From an uncultured Gemmatimonadales bacterium (GTDB lineage: Bacteria; Gemmatimonadota; Gemmatimonadetes; Gemmatimonadales; JACORV01): a DNA stretch of 49,839 nucleotides. The stretch spans positions 1-49,839 of the forward strand of contig CAZJZC010000002.1 of the NCBI GenBank assembly GCA_964550365.1, in the 5' to 3' direction. A model generated the notes under the pieces. That model saw only the letters and a list, made by a program, of their open reading frames with translations, did not search any database and was not told the origin of the DNA. The number at the start of each line of letters is the position of its first letter. Position 1 is the first letter of the stretch. The position numbers were made by a program, and so were the translations under genes. This document shows positions 1 through 9,626 of this stretch, in pieces.

Positions 1-1531
1 TGCGGTGGAACCGGTCCACCACCGACGAGCGCGGATCGTTGCCCATGCGGCAGGTACCCAGCAGGTGCATGCCGATGCCCTGCGGGCCGACGGGCTGGGC
101 CCAGGAGCGCCGGGCGCCGGCGGCGTCGAGGATCTCGGTGGCCCTGCTGGCGAGGAACCGCATCAGGGCCAGGTCGTCGTCGTGGTCCAGGTACGTCACA
201 TTCATGCACGGTACGCCCCAGGCGTCGCGCAGGTCGGCGTCGAGCTCGACGCGGTTGGTCTCGACCGGCAGGGACGTGCCGTGGCAGAACACGTCCATGG
301 TGCGGTTGAACCCCTCGCGCGCGGCCCGCTTGAAGGCCGCGCCCCAGCGCGGCGTGCCGGGCGGCATCCCGCCGAACAGGTAGAACAGCGGGAACCCGAA
401 GAACCGGCCGTCGAAGCCGCCGCCGCCGTAGAAGCCGCGCGCCGGGTCGGTGGCGTAGTAGTCCAGCGCGATGCGCGTGACCTGGGCGCCCTTCCAGTCC
501 ATCAGTTCGTGCTCGAACTGGCCGCTGGTCACGCCGTTCCCGTTGAACATGAGGTGCCGGCCGACCATGCCGCTGGAGTTCGCCAGCCCGTCGGGGAACC
601 GGTTCGACGCCGAGTTGAGCAGCAGGCGCGGGGTCTCGGCGCCGTTGGCGCAGAGCACCACCGCACGGGCGCGCTGGAGATGCTCGACCTTGCTCGAGTC
701 GAAGTACACGACGCCGGTGACCCGGCCGCGCCCGTCGGTCTCGACCTTGCGGACGTAGCTCTCGGGGCGCACCTCACAGCGTCCGGTCGCCTCGGCCACG
801 GGGATGGTCGTCACCGGGCCCGACGACTTGGCGCGATGCTCGCAGGAGAATCCCCAGCAGTAGCCGCACTGCATGCAGGCCGGCCGGCCGTTGAACGGGC
901 GGCTGAGGATGGCCATCGGCGCCGGCTGGGGGTGCAGGCCCAGGGCGCGGGCCCCGCGCTCGAACAGCACGCCGGAACCCTTGATCGGCAGGGGCGGCAT
1001 GGGGTAGGGGCGCGAGCGCGGCGGATCGAACGGGCCGGGCTCACCCGAGACGCCCAGCTCCCATTCCGCCTTCGTGTAGTAGGGCTCCAGTTCGTCGTAG
1101 GTGATGGGCCAGTCGGCCAGGCTCGCGCCGGCGACGGCGCCGTGGCGGCTGAACTCGTCGAAGTCGAGCGGCCGCATCCGCCAGTAGTTCGCGTTGTACA
1201 TCAGCGAGCCGCCGCCCACGACGCGGTGATACTGGAGGGCGTTGGTGCGGCGGTACGCCGCGGCGGGACCCGGGCGGAACCGCTGAGGCTGGTCATCGGG
1301 CCGGTTGACGTAGCGGTCCCGGAACCAGTAGCCGAATTCGTCGTGCACCGTCTGCGCCGGGTCGATGCGCGGCCCCTGCTCGAGCACCACGACCGTGAAG
1401 CCCCTGGTGGCCAGTTCCTTGGCCACGATGCCGCCGGCCGCGCCCGACCCGACGAGCACGAAGTCCACCAGCGTCGAGGGAGCGAACCGCGCCGCGCCCC
1501 GCGGGCGGCCGGCCGGCCGGGCCTGCGGCAT
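1..1531 (-). CDS. GMC family FAD-dependent oxidoreductase (flavoprotein subunit); 3' end runs off the window
   Basis: Reverse-strand translation from the ATG at 1531-1529 gives MPQARPAGRP...DFVLVGSGAAGGIVAKELA (GxGxxG FAD fold). At the window edge it reads GMHLLGTCRMGNDPRSSVVDRFHR, a GMC C-terminal-type region. The ATG overlaps the TGA of the upstream small-subunit gene (ATGA). It is absent from the ORF track because no stop lies in the window. Confidence 0.85.
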   Translation of the reverse strand, partial: MPQARPAGRPRGAARFAPSTLVDFVLVGSGAAGGIVAKELATRGFTVVVLEQGPRIDPAQTVHDEFGYWFRDRYVNRPDDQPQRFRPGPAAAYRRTNALQYHRVVGGGSLMYNANYWRMRPLDFDEFSRHGAVAGASLADWPITYDELEPYYTKAEWELGVSGEPGPFDPPRSRPYPMPPLPIKGSGVLFERGARALGLHPQPAPMAILSRPFNGRPACMQCGYCWGFSCEHRAKSSGPVTTIPVAEATGRCEVRPESYVRKVETDGRGRVTGVVYFDSSKVEHLQRARAVVLCANGAETPRLLLNSASNRFPDGLANSSGMVGRHLMFNGNGVTSGQFEHELMDWKGAQVTRIALDYYATDPARGFYGGGGFDGRFFGFPLFYLFGGMPPGTPRWGAAFKRAAREGFNRTMDVFCHGTSLPVETNRVELDADLRDAWGVPCMNVTYLDHDDDLALMRFLASRATEILDAAGARRSWAQPVGPQGIGMHLLGTCRMGNDPRSSVVDRFHR

Positions 1532-2097
1532 CAGTTCGGCCCGCCGTTCGCCCGGTCGTCGTACCAGCCGAACGGTGGCTGCCACACGCCGCGGTCGTCA
1601 TAGCCGAGGATGCGCCAGCCGCTCCCCTCGTGATTCCCGCCCCACGAGGGGTGCGCGAAGGTGCCGACGAGGGTCAGGAAGATCATCTGCTGGAAGAACG
1701 GTTCGCGCTCGTTCGCCTGGAGGAACGCGAGCTGCCGTTCCGGCGAGAGCAGGGCGAAGCGGGCGATGCCGGGATGAGCGTCCGCCACCCGCTGATCGAA
1801 CGCCGCGAGTCCCTGGAGGAAGGGCCCGCGCTGGTCGCTGCCCCACGAGGCCAGCGAGTGGTCGATGAAGTGCACCACGCGCGCTTCGCGCGCGCCGGGC
1901 AGATCGTCGGTCGGCACGATGAGCGCGGCGACGGCCTCGACGTCCGCCGCCTGCTCCACTGTCAGCACCTCGAGGTCGGCGTGCGCGAGGTCCGCCGCGC
2001 GCGTCAGCGAGGCGCGCAGCCGGTCGGGGTCGGCCGCCAGCCAGGCCGCGCCGAACCCGGCGCCCGCCAGGGCGACGAAATCACGTCGCTGGATCAT
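1531..2097 (-). CDS. Gluconate 2-dehydrogenase subunit 3-like small subunit with Tat signal
   Basis: This is the inner part of ORF 1531..2271. The ATG at 2097 gives MIQRRDFVALAGAGFGAAWLA (twin-arginine signal). The remainder resembles the small subunit that partners GMC dehydrogenases. It is stop/start coupled to the downstream GMC gene. Confidence 0.8.
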   Translation of the reverse strand: MIQRRDFVALAGAGFGAAWLAADPDRLRASLTRAADLAHADLEVLTVEQAADVEAVAALIVPTDDLPGAREARVVHFIDHSLASWGSDQRGPFLQGLAAFDQRVADAHPGIARFALLSPERQLAFLQANEREPFFQQMIFLTLVGTFAHPSWGGNHEGSGWRILGYDDRGVWQPPFGWYDDRANGGPN

Positions 2098-2303
2098 CGA
2101 TGAGCGGATAGTGACGCAACGCCCTTGTCCGCGCCAGTGCGGCGTCGCATGCTGCGCACGCCGCCGAGGACACCGACCCGGTGGATCGGCGATCCTGGCC
2201 GGACCCTCAGGCGCCTCCTTGGCGCAGGTCTGGCGGCCGGTTACCTTCCCCGCCGGCACAAGGCCGGTCACCAGCAGCGTAACATCAAGCAGGACAGGCG
2301 GTT

Positions 2304-2861
2304 ATGAAGGCTTCAGACGTCAGGAAGGGGCACGTGATCATGGTCGATGGCCAGCCGTGCCGCGTGATGGACTTCCAGCACCGCACCCCGGGGAACCTCC
2401 GCGCCTTCGTTCAGGTGCGCATGCGGAACCTCATCTCGGGCAACACCTTCGACTCCCGCTTCAGCGCCACCGACTTCCTCGACGAGGCCCGGCTCGACAC
2501 CAAGGAATTCCAGGTGCTCTACAAGGACGAGTCCGGCGTGCACACCATGGACTCGACCACCTACGAGCAGTACACCTTCTCCAACGAGGTGGTGGGCGAC
2601 CTGGCGGTCTGGCTCGAGCCGGAAATGCACTTCCAGGCCGAACTGCTCGACGGCAAGGCCGTCGGGCTTCAGCTGCCGGCGTCCATGGAGTACACCATCG
2701 TCGAGACGGCGCCGGTCATACGCGGAGCCACCAAGACCGCTTCGACCAAGCCGGCGAAGCTGAGCAACGGGGCGACCGTCAACGTGCCGGAGTTCCTGGA
2801 GGAGGGCACCAGGGTGCGGGTGGATCCGCGCTCGGGCCTCTACCTGGAGCGCGCCAAGTAG
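2304..2861 (+). CDS. efp: Translation elongation factor P
   Basis: 185-aa ORF MKASDVRKGHVIMVDGQPCRVMDFQHRTPGNLRAFVQVRMRNLISGN... Length and sequence are typical of EF-P (KOW-like N-terminal domain plus two OB domains). Confidence 0.93.
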   Translation: MKASDVRKGHVIMVDGQPCRVMDFQHRTPGNLRAFVQVRMRNLISGNTFDSRFSATDFLDEARLDTKEFQVLYKDESGVHTMDSTTYEQYTFSNEVVGDLAVWLEPEMHFQAELLDGKAVGLQLPASMEYTIVETAPVIRGATKTASTKPAKLSNGATVNVPEFLEEGTRVRVDPRSGLYLERAK

Positions 2862-2898
2862 CGCCTCCCGTCGCAGGGTCGGTCGGCGTGCGTTTGAA

Positions 2899-2925
2899 GG
2901 GCGGTCGGCGTGATGCCGGCCGCCC
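2899..2925 (+). terminator. GC-rich hairpin downstream of efp (possible intrinsic terminator, no U-tract)
   Basis: gggcggtcggc / gccggccgccc forms an 11-bp stem with one G-U position and a 5-nt loop, 38 nt after the efp stop. It is followed by tcgtcg, so there is no T-run. Confidence 0.4.
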
Positions 2926-2943
2926 TCGTCGCGTGAAGGGGGC

Positions 2944-2961
2944 TTGTGACCAGTTTCACAA
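2944..2961 (+). promoter_or_regulatory. Crp/Fnr-family binding box TTGTGA-N6-TCACAA upstream of nirK
   Basis: Perfect TGTGA(ccagtt)TCACA with matching flanking T/A. Its centre lies about 114 nt upstream of the nirK start. A CATATT -10-like hexamer at 2981-2986 lies about 31 bp downstream of the box centre, consistent with class II (-41.5) geometry. Confidence 0.6.
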
Positions 2962-2985
2962 TGGCTTCAGGAACGCCCGGCATAT

Positions 2986-3007
2986 TTTCGCATATCGAGA
3001 TGCGAAA
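2986..3007 (+). promoter_or_regulatory. 8-6-8 inverted repeat TTTCGCAT-N6-ATGCGAAA in an AT-rich island at the predicted nirK transcription start
   Basis: The arms 2986-2993 and 3000-3007 are exact reverse complements. The repeat is embedded in the only AT-rich stretch of this intergenic region. Confidence 0.4.
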
Positions 3008-3066
3008 TACCGCCCGGTCCTGCGCGAGCGGGACCGGGCACGTCGGCAAAACACACGGGGGACGAT

Positions 3067-4512
3067 GTGATGACAGGGCGACTGGGGATGCTGGCGGTGC
3101 TGGCCGGTCTGACCGGCGCCGCGGCCGGCTGCGGCGGTTCGGACGCCATCCGGGGCGAGGAGACGGCGACGCTGACGCAGGCGCCGAACGTGCCGCCGCC
3201 GATCACCCGCAACCACGCGACCAAGGTCATCGTGAACCTGGAGACCCGCGAAGCGGTCGCGCGGCTGGCCGACGGTGTCGAGTACCGCTTCTGGACCTTC
3301 GGCGGCGGCGTGCCCGGCTCGTTCATCCGGGTGCGGCAGGGCGACCTGGTGGAGTTCCACCTGAACAACCACCCCGAGAGCCACATGCCGCACAACATCG
3401 ACCTGCACGCCGTGACCGGGCCGGGCGGCGGCGCCAGCTCGTCGTTCGTGGCGCCCGGGCAGTCGGCGACCTTCGCGTTCCGGGCGCTCAACCCGGGCCT
3501 CTACGTGTACCACTGTGCCACCGCCCCGGTGGGCATGCACATCGCCAACGGCATGTACGGGCTCATCCTGGTGGAGCCGCCGGGCGGCCTGCCGCGCGTG
3601 GACCGTGAGTACTACGTGATGCAGGGCGAGTTCTACACCCGCGATCCGTTCGGCGTGGCCGGCGTCCAGCCGTTCGACATGCGCAAGGCGATCCAGGAGC
3701 AGCCGGAATACGTGGTGTTCAACGGTGCGGTCGGCTCGCTGACGGGCGACGGCATGCTCCAGGCGAACGTGGGCGAGACCGTGCGGCTGTACGTCGGCAA
3801 CGGCGGCCCCAATCTCATCTCCTCGTTCCACGTCATCGGCGAGATCTTCGACCGCGTGTGGGACGAGGCGGGCTCGGTGGCGAACTCCAACGTCCAGACC
3901 ACGCTGGTCCCCGCCGGCGGCGCCGCCATCGTGGACTTCCGGGTCGACGTGCCCGGGACATTCATCCTGGTGGACCACTCGATCTTCAGGGCCTTCAACA
4001 AGGGCGCGCTCGGCATGATGCGCGTGGAGGGCGCGCAGGATTCGGGCATCTACTCGGGCCGTATCGCCGAGGGCATCTACCATCCGGAGGGAGGCGCGAT
4101 CCAGAGCATCCCGTCGCAGCAGGGCGCCGCGCCGGCGGCGCGGACCCCGGCACAGCGCGCCGAGTTCGGCAGCCGGGTCTACGCCCAGAACTGCCAGGCC
4201 TGCCACCAGGCCGACGGGCGCGGCCTGCCCGGCGCGTTCCCGCCGCTGGCGCGGTCCGACTTCCTCAACGCCGACGCCCAGCGGGCCATCGGCGTGGTGC
4301 TGAACGGGCTCACCGGCCCCGTCACCGTCAACGGCACGCGGTTCAACGGCGTGATGCCGGCCCTGGCGCTCAGCGACGAGGACGTCGCCAACGTGCTGAC
4401 CTACGTCTACGGTCAGTGGGGCAACAACGGCACCGTGGTCACGCCCGAGCGGGTGCGGGCGGTCAGGGCCAGCGGACCCCGGCCCTCCGCGGGCTCCGCG
4501 GCCGCGCACTAG
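3067..4512 (+). CDS. nirK: Copper-containing nitrite reductase (NirK) with C-terminal cytochrome c domain and lipoprotein signal
   Basis: - Lipobox LTGAAAGC.
- Cupredoxin motifs [11 protein letters not shown] and [20 protein letters not shown] (type 1/type 2 Cu ligands).
- C-terminal CQACH heme motif (nt 4192-4206) and GVMP Met ligand region.
- The start is GTG 3067 or ATG 3070. Confidence 0.9.
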   Translation: MMTGRLGMLAVLAGLTGAAAGCGGSDAIRGEETATLTQAPNVPPPITRNHATKVIVNLETREAVARLADGVEYRFWTFGGGVPGSFIRVRQGDLVEFHLNNHPESHMPHNIDLHAVTGPGGGASSSFVAPGQSATFAFRALNPGLYVYHCATAPVGMHIANGMYGLILVEPPGGLPRVDREYYVMQGEFYTRDPFGVAGVQPFDMRKAIQEQPEYVVFNGAVGSLTGDGMLQANVGETVRLYVGNGGPNLISSFHVIGEIFDRVWDEAGSVANSNVQTTLVPAGGAAIVDFRVDVPGTFILVDHSIFRAFNKGALGMMRVEGAQDSGIYSGRIAEGIYHPEGGAIQSIPSQQGAAPAARTPAQRAEFGSRVYAQNCQACHQADGRGLPGAFPPLARSDFLNADAQRAIGVVLNGLTGPVTVNGTRFNGVMPALALSDEDVANVLTYVYGQWGNNGTVVTPERVRAVRASGPRPSAGSAAAH

Positions 4513-4736
4513 GCCACCGTGCTTCCGGGGCCCGGGCCGTCCCGACGTGGGCGGTCCGGGCTCCGCGTTTCCGGCCGGCCGGTCCAACGAAGGCCTCGGG
4601 CGCCGCGTAGCCAGACACCCCTCGCTGGAGCCGCGATGTCCCGTTCGCCGTGCCGGATCCCGGATGCCGCCGACCTGCCGGCCCGGCCGGCACCCGGCAT
4701 CGGCCGGTGCGCCGTCCGTCCGGCGGCCGGCTGACC

Positions 4737-6023
4737 ATGCTCCGCCACCTCGTCACGCGCGTCGTGCCGGTCCGGGAGGGGGAGACGGCACCGCTGCTCC
4801 TCGCCACGGCGTACGGGTTCTGCATCCTCTTCGGCTACTACCTCCTGCGGCCGGTGCGCGACGAGATCGGCGCGGCGGACCGGGGCAACCTGCAGCTGCT
4901 GTGGACCGCCGTCTTCCTGGTGATGCTCGTCGCCGTGCCGCTCTACTCGGCGGCGGTGGCCCGCTGGCGGCGCGGAGTCTTCATCCCGCTGGCGAACCGG
5001 TTCTTCGCGTCCAACCTCGCGGCGTTCTACGGCGCCCTGGTCCTGCTGCCCGTCGAGGCGCGGCTGTGGATCGACCGGATCTTCTACGTGTGGACCAGCG
5101 TCTTCGCGCTGTTCGTGGTCACGGTGTTCTGGGGTTTCGTCGCCGACCTGTTCCGCAACGAACAGGGCAAGCGGCTGTTCGGCTTCATCGCGGTCGGCTC
5201 GTCGCTCGGCGGCATCGCCGGCTCGTCGACGACGGCCCTCCTCGCCGGTCACCTGCCGGCCTTCGCGCTGCTGCTGATCGCGATCGTGCCGCTGGAGCTG
5301 GCGGCCCAGCTGGCGCGCGCGCTCGACCGTCATGCCGGGCGCGAGCCGGCGGTGCTCAATGCCGAGCGCGAGGCGCGCGTGGGCGGGACGGCGCTGAGCG
5401 GCATCGGCCAGGTGTTCCGCTCGCCCTATCTGCGGCAGATCGCCCTGTGGCTGCTGCTCATGACCTTCGCGTCCACCTTCCTCTATTTCCAGCAATCGCA
5501 CGTGCTGGGCGAGGCGATCAGCGACCGAGCGGCGCGGCGCGTCCTGCTGGCCCGGATGGACCTGGCGGTCAACGTCCTGACGGTGCTGACCCAGAGCCTG
5601 CTGGTGGCGCACGTGATCCGGCGCGTCGGCGTCGGGTGGACGCTGGCGCTGGTCCCGCTCGTCGCGTTCGGCGGCTTCGTCGGGCTGGGCCTGTACCCGA
5701 TGCTGGCGGTACTGGTCGTCGTGCAGGTCCTGTACACGGCCGGGCGGCACTCGCTGGCCAAGCCGGCGCGCGAGGTGCTGTTCACCCTGGTGCCGCGCGA
5801 GGAGCGTTACAAGTCCAAGGCCTTCATCGACGCGGCGGTCTACCGCGGCGGCGACCTGGTGAGCGGCTGGGCGTATGCCGGACTCGCGGCGCTGGGTCTG
5901 TCCTTGAGCGCGATCGCGCTGGTCTTCGCGCCGGCCTCGGCGCTGTGGATCGCGGTCAGCCTGCGGTTGGGGCGGGCCGAGGAACGGGCCCGGGCGGCGC
6001 AGGAGCCGTCGGCGGGCCGGTAG
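4737..6023 (+). CDS. MFS-type transporter, ATP:ADP antiporter (AAA/TLC)-like
   Basis: From ATG 4737: MLRHLVTRVVPVREGETAPLLLATAYGFCILFGYYLLRPVRDEIG..., about 12 hydrophobic segments. The N-terminal F-x-YY-LR-x-x-RD motif resembles the AAA/TLC-like MFS family. The upstream part of ORF 4650.. is Arg/Pro-rich and unlikely to be coding. Confidence 0.7.
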   Translation: MLRHLVTRVVPVREGETAPLLLATAYGFCILFGYYLLRPVRDEIGAADRGNLQLLWTAVFLVMLVAVPLYSAAVARWRRGVFIPLANRFFASNLAAFYGALVLLPVEARLWIDRIFYVWTSVFALFVVTVFWGFVADLFRNEQGKRLFGFIAVGSSLGGIAGSSTTALLAGHLPAFALLLIAIVPLELAAQLARALDRHAGREPAVLNAEREARVGGTALSGIGQVFRSPYLRQIALWLLLMTFASTFLYFQQSHVLGEAISDRAARRVLLARMDLAVNVLTVLTQSLLVAHVIRRVGVGWTLALVPLVAFGGFVGLGLYPMLAVLVVVQVLYTAGRHSLAKPAREVLFTLVPREERYKSKAFIDAAVYRGGDLVSGWAYAGLAALGLSLSAIALVFAPASALWIAVSLRLGRAEERARAAQEPSAGR

Positions 6024-6039
6024 GGCCCCGCCGGCCGTC

Positions 6040-9000
6040 CTAGTCTCCGGCCCGGGCGGCCTCCAGCGACTGCCCGACCTGGGCGAGGAGGGCGGCCGCG
6101 GCCCACGGCTTCGGCAGGAACACGGCATCCTGCGGCGGCGCGCCGGCGTCCGGGTGCTCGGAGTAGCCGCTGGTGAAGATGAACGGGACGTCGAGGCCTT
6201 CGGCCCGGGCAGCCGCATGGAGCGCGAAGCCGCTCATCCGGGGCATCATCACGTCGGTCACCACGATGTCGATCCGCGCGGCGTCACGCCGGAGGATCGC
6301 CAGCGCGGCCTCGCCGTCCGCCGCGGCCACCACCCGGTAGCCCTTCCGCTCCAGCAGGCGGCCGGTCGCGGCGCGCACCGTCGGGTCGTCCTCCACGACC
6401 AGGATGGTGCCGTCGCGCGCCGAGTCGGGGGAGTCGGGCGCCGGCGCGGCCGGCACGGCCGGCACCCCGTCGGTCGGTGCCAGCGGGAAGAACAGGCGCA
6501 CACGGGTTCCCGCGCCGGGTGCCGACCGGATCTCGATGCCGCCCTGTTGCTGGCGCACGAGGCTGTAGACCATCGCCATGCCGAGGCCGGTGCCCTTGCC
6601 GGGCTCCTTGGTGGTGAAGAACGGCTCGAAGATGCGTGTCAGCATCTCCCCGCTCATGCCGATGCCGGAGTCGTTGACCTCCAGGCAGGCATAGGAGCCT
6701 TCCGCTGAAAGACCGCAGCGGACGGCCTCGACCAGGTCGAGCCGGCGGACCGATGCGGCGATCCGGAGTTCGCCGCCGTCCGGCATGGCGTCGCGCGCGT
6801 TGGTCGCGAGATTGACGAGGATCTGTTCGAGCGCGGCGCGGTCGGCCAGCGCGGTCACGTCGCCCTGCTGCGAGACCACCAGCCGGATCCGTTCCGGCAT
6901 CAGCCGCGCCAGCATGGCCGTGAGGTCGCCGGCGACGGCGGCCAGGCGGACCGGACCGACCTCGAGCCGTCCCTTGCGGCCGAACATGAGCAGCTTGCGG
7001 ATCATCGCGGCGCCACGTTCGGCCGTGACGCGGATCTCCTCGACATCCTGCCTGGCGGCGGCCTGGGCCGCCGGGAGCGACGCCGCCAGCAGCTCGGCGT
7101 GACCCATGATGGCCGTCAGGATGTTGTTGAAGTCATGCGCCACGCCGCCGGCGAGCTGGCCGATGGCCTCCATCTTCTGCGCCTGCCGCAGCTGGTCCTC
7201 GAGCGCGGCCATCTGGCGGCGCTCGCGCCGCCGCTGGGCCACGGCGCGTGCTCCCAGGCCGCCCAGCCCGGCGACGACGAGACCCACGGGGATGATGAAG
7301 CCGGGCCGCAGGGGCAAGGGACGCGGCACGGCGAACGACCGGCTGGCCGTCGGCCCGACGCGGCCGAAGATGCTGAGCGCCTGGACCTCGATCCGGTGCC
7401 GTCCGCCGGCGAGCGCGACGGCGACCTCGTGGTCCGTGCTCCACGGCGACCAGGAATCCTCGTCCATCCGATACCGGGTCGCGATGTTCTCCTGCGGCGC
7501 CAGGCCCCAGTAGGAGAGCGGCTGCCACCGGAGCTGCGCGGTCCGGCCGAACACCCCGGCCGGCTCGATCCGAACGACCGGTGGCGTGTCCTCCTCCTCC
7601 AGGCTCAGCACCGTGAGGCCCTTGCCGAGGGTGCCGACCAGCACCCGGTCGTCCTGCGGCAGCAGCGGCCAGAGCTGCGGCGCTTCCAGTCCCTGGTCGT
7701 CGCCGAACCTGGCCCAGACGCCGTTGCGGTACGAGCCGAGGCCGCCGGCGGTCGCGAACCACATCCGGCCGTCGCGGCCGGAACGGATCTCCCAGACCCG
7801 GTCGTCCACCAGTCCGTCGGCGCTGGTGTACCGGCGGAGACTGTCGTCGAGGCCGGCCACCCCGACCCCGCCGTGCTGATCCGCGAACCACGCCTGACCC
7901 GAATCGTCCACGGCCAGCGTGAACACCCGGCGCACCAGGGACCACTGCGGGCGGGGCCATTGGGTCCACTGGCCGCCGCGCCAGCGCTTGAGGCCCGCGG
8001 ACGTGCCGAACCAGTAGGCGCCGTCGCGACCCTCGGCGAACGCGTACACCCGGCGGCCGGTGAGCACGTCGCCCCGGTCCCAGCGCTCGATGCGCCCGCC
8101 GTCGGCGACGAACGCGCCGCGCGAGGCCGCGCCCTCGGGGCCGCCGAGACCGAGGAACCAGAGCCGTCCCTGCCGGTCGCGCTCGATGCGGTGCACGTAG
8201 GCCGGCAGTCCGTCGGCCGGGCCGAAGCGTCGCCACACGCGGCCGTCGAACCGCACCGCGCCGACGAAGGCCGCGCCGCTCCCGAGCCAGACCCGATCGA
8301 GGGAGTCGACCGCGACCGCCGTGACCGCGCCCAGGCGGACGCCCGCCGCGTGGGTGATGCTCCGTTCGGTCCCGTCGGCGCGCCGGACCACGACGCCGTC
8401 GCCGGTGCCGAGCCACACGGTGCCCTCGCGCGTGAGCGCGATGGCGTTGACACGGTTGCGCCGGTCCGGGAACGGCCGCTCGGACGTCGTCCAGCGCGCG
8501 GACGAGCGGCGGTACAGGTAGAGCCCGTGCCGCGTCCCGGTCCACAGGTCGCCGTTGGCCCGGAACGCCAGCACGGTCACGTCGCGCAGCCCGGCGGGCA
8601 CGGGCTCGATCGACCGCCACCGGTCGCGCGAGCGATAGCGCACCGTCCCGGCCTCGTAGGCCGCGATGGCCTCGCCGTCGTCCCGCACGGCGAGGGCCAC
8701 GGCCTGTTGCGCGCCCTCGAGGACCAGACGGCGGAAGGTCCGCGAATCGGGCGATTCCCAGAGACCGTCGTTCCCGGGCCCGTTGGAGTAGAGCAGCATC
8801 CGGCCGGCCGGCGCCAGCGCCACGTGGGTGTTCGATCCCTCGCTGGTGATGCCAAGGAAGGGACTCCAGCGGTCCCCGGACCAGGCGCTGGCCCCGGACG
8901 GGGTCGTCAGGATGACGGGCCCGTGGCCGCCCCAGAGCGACGACTCGGTGACCGAGAGGCGCGCCGGGCCCGGCGGCGGGATGGTGCGGAAGCCGTCCGG

Positions 9001-9567
9001 CCCGACAACGCCGAACGCGATGGCGGAATCCGGTGACAGGTACATCACCAGGGCGCCGTCCCGGGTCGGCTCGGCGTCGAGGACCAGGGTCCCCCCGCCA
9101 CCGATCGACGGCGTGATGTCCAGGAGGCCGCTGGTGTCGCCTCGGAAGAGCCTGCCATCCAGGACACCGGTCACCCCTCCGCCCGGGTCCGCCACCAGAA
9201 CGGGGCTGCGGGCCTCCGGTTCGTTGCGCGCCGCCGGACCGATCGGGTGCCATCGGTAGCCGTCGAACCAGGCGAACCCCGCGGTCGTGGCGACCCAGGG
9301 CGTGCCGTCCCGGGTCTCCGCGATGGCGGTGATGGTGTTCGACGGCAGTCCGGTCATGGTGCTGAACCGCGCCCAACGCCAGCGGTCGGCGAACGCGGGC
9401 GTCTGGGCCTGGGCGGCGATGCCGGTGAGCACCAGACAGGCGGCCAGCAGGGCGGGATGCGGCACGGACACGGTCACGGTCGCAACATACGCAGGGGATA
9501 CGTCCCTGCCCACCGGGCCGCGGAATCCCGATTGCGGGAACCGTGGGGCGCGGCTCGGCGTAGTCAT
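6040..9567 (-). CDS. Hybrid sensor histidine kinase/response regulator with periplasmic beta-propeller sensor region
   Basis: - Signal/[22 protein letters not shown].
- About 650 aa of W/G-rich propeller blades (two-component-regulator propeller type).
- [19 protein letters not shown].
- H-box [14 protein letters not shown].
- ATPase boxes [16 protein letters not shown] and GTGLGM.
- C-terminal receiver ILVVEDDP...DVMMPRMSG.
- The true start may be an internal GTG near 9471/9465. Confidence 0.88.
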   Translation of the reverse strand: MTTPSRAPRFPQSGFRGPVGRDVSPAYVATVTVSVPHPALLAACLVLTGIAAQAQTPAFADRWRWARFSTMTGLPSNTITAIAETRDGTPWVATTAGFAWFDGYRWHPIGPAARNEPEARSPVLVADPGGGVTGVLDGRLFRGDTSGLLDITPSIGGGGTLVLDAEPTRDGALVMYLSPDSAIAFGVVGPDGFRTIPPPGPARLSVTESSLWGGHGPVILTTPSGASAWSGDRWSPFLGITSEGSNTHVALAPAGRMLLYSNGPGNDGLWESPDSRTFRRLVLEGAQQAVALAVRDDGEAIAAYEAGTVRYRSRDRWRSIEPVPAGLRDVTVLAFRANGDLWTGTRHGLYLYRRSSARWTTSERPFPDRRNRVNAIALTREGTVWLGTGDGVVVRRADGTERSITHAAGVRLGAVTAVAVDSLDRVWLGSGAAFVGAVRFDGRVWRRFGPADGLPAYVHRIERDRQGRLWFLGLGGPEGAASRGAFVADGGRIERWDRGDVLTGRRVYAFAEGRDGAYWFGTSAGLKRWRGGQWTQWPRPQWSLVRRVFTLAVDDSGQAWFADQHGGVGVAGLDDSLRRYTSADGLVDDRVWEIRSGRDGRMWFATAGGLGSYRNGVWARFGDDQGLEAPQLWPLLPQDDRVLVGTLGKGLTVLSLEEEDTPPVVRIEPAGVFGRTAQLRWQPLSYWGLAPQENIATRYRMDEDSWSPWSTDHEVAVALAGGRHRIEVQALSIFGRVGPTASRSFAVPRPLPLRPGFIIPVGLVVAGLGGLGARAVAQRRRERRQMAALEDQLRQAQKMEAIGQLAGGVAHDFNNILTAIMGHAELLAASLPAAQAAARQDVEEIRVTAERGAAMIRKLLMFGRKGRLEVGPVRLAAVAGDLTAMLARLMPERIRLVVSQQGDVTALADRAALEQILVNLATNARDAMPDGGELRIAASVRRLDLVEAVRCGLSAEGSYACLEVNDSGIGMSGEMLTRIFEPFFTTKEPGKGTGLGMAMVYSLVRQQQGGIEIRSAPGAGTRVRLFFPLAPTDGVPAVPAAPAPDSPDSARDGTILVVEDDPTVRAATGRLLERKGYRVVAAADGEAALAILRRDAARIDIVVTDVMMPRMSGFALHAAARAEGLDVPFIFTSGYSEHPDAGAPPQDAVFLPKPWAAAALLAQVGQSLEAARAGD

Positions 9568-9626
9568 GGGAGTGGGCGGCGCCTCGCGGGCGCCGCCCGT
9601 GACCCCCAGATCGACGGAGCCGCCGC

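Noticed and set aside
5-1603. 532-aa plus-strand ORF covering the window start
   Set aside because: The translation is Arg/Ala/Gly/His-rich low-complexity sequence with no motifs. The opposite strand encodes a clear GMC oxidoreductase (GxGxxG, HLLGTCRMG). This is a shadow ORF typical of high-GC DNA.
2956-4587. 543-aa ORF antisense to nirK
   Set aside because: This is an antisense shadow. The plus strand carries unambiguous Cu-nitrite reductase and CxxCH motifs.
4513-4736. 224-bp very GC-rich spacer after nirK, examined for an RNA gene, a terminator or a small ORF (4650 start)
   Set aside because: I found no tRNA-like cloverleaf, only short self-complementary GC runs (for example GGCCCGGGCC). 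The small ORF extension is Arg/Pro-rich. Nothing is supportable.
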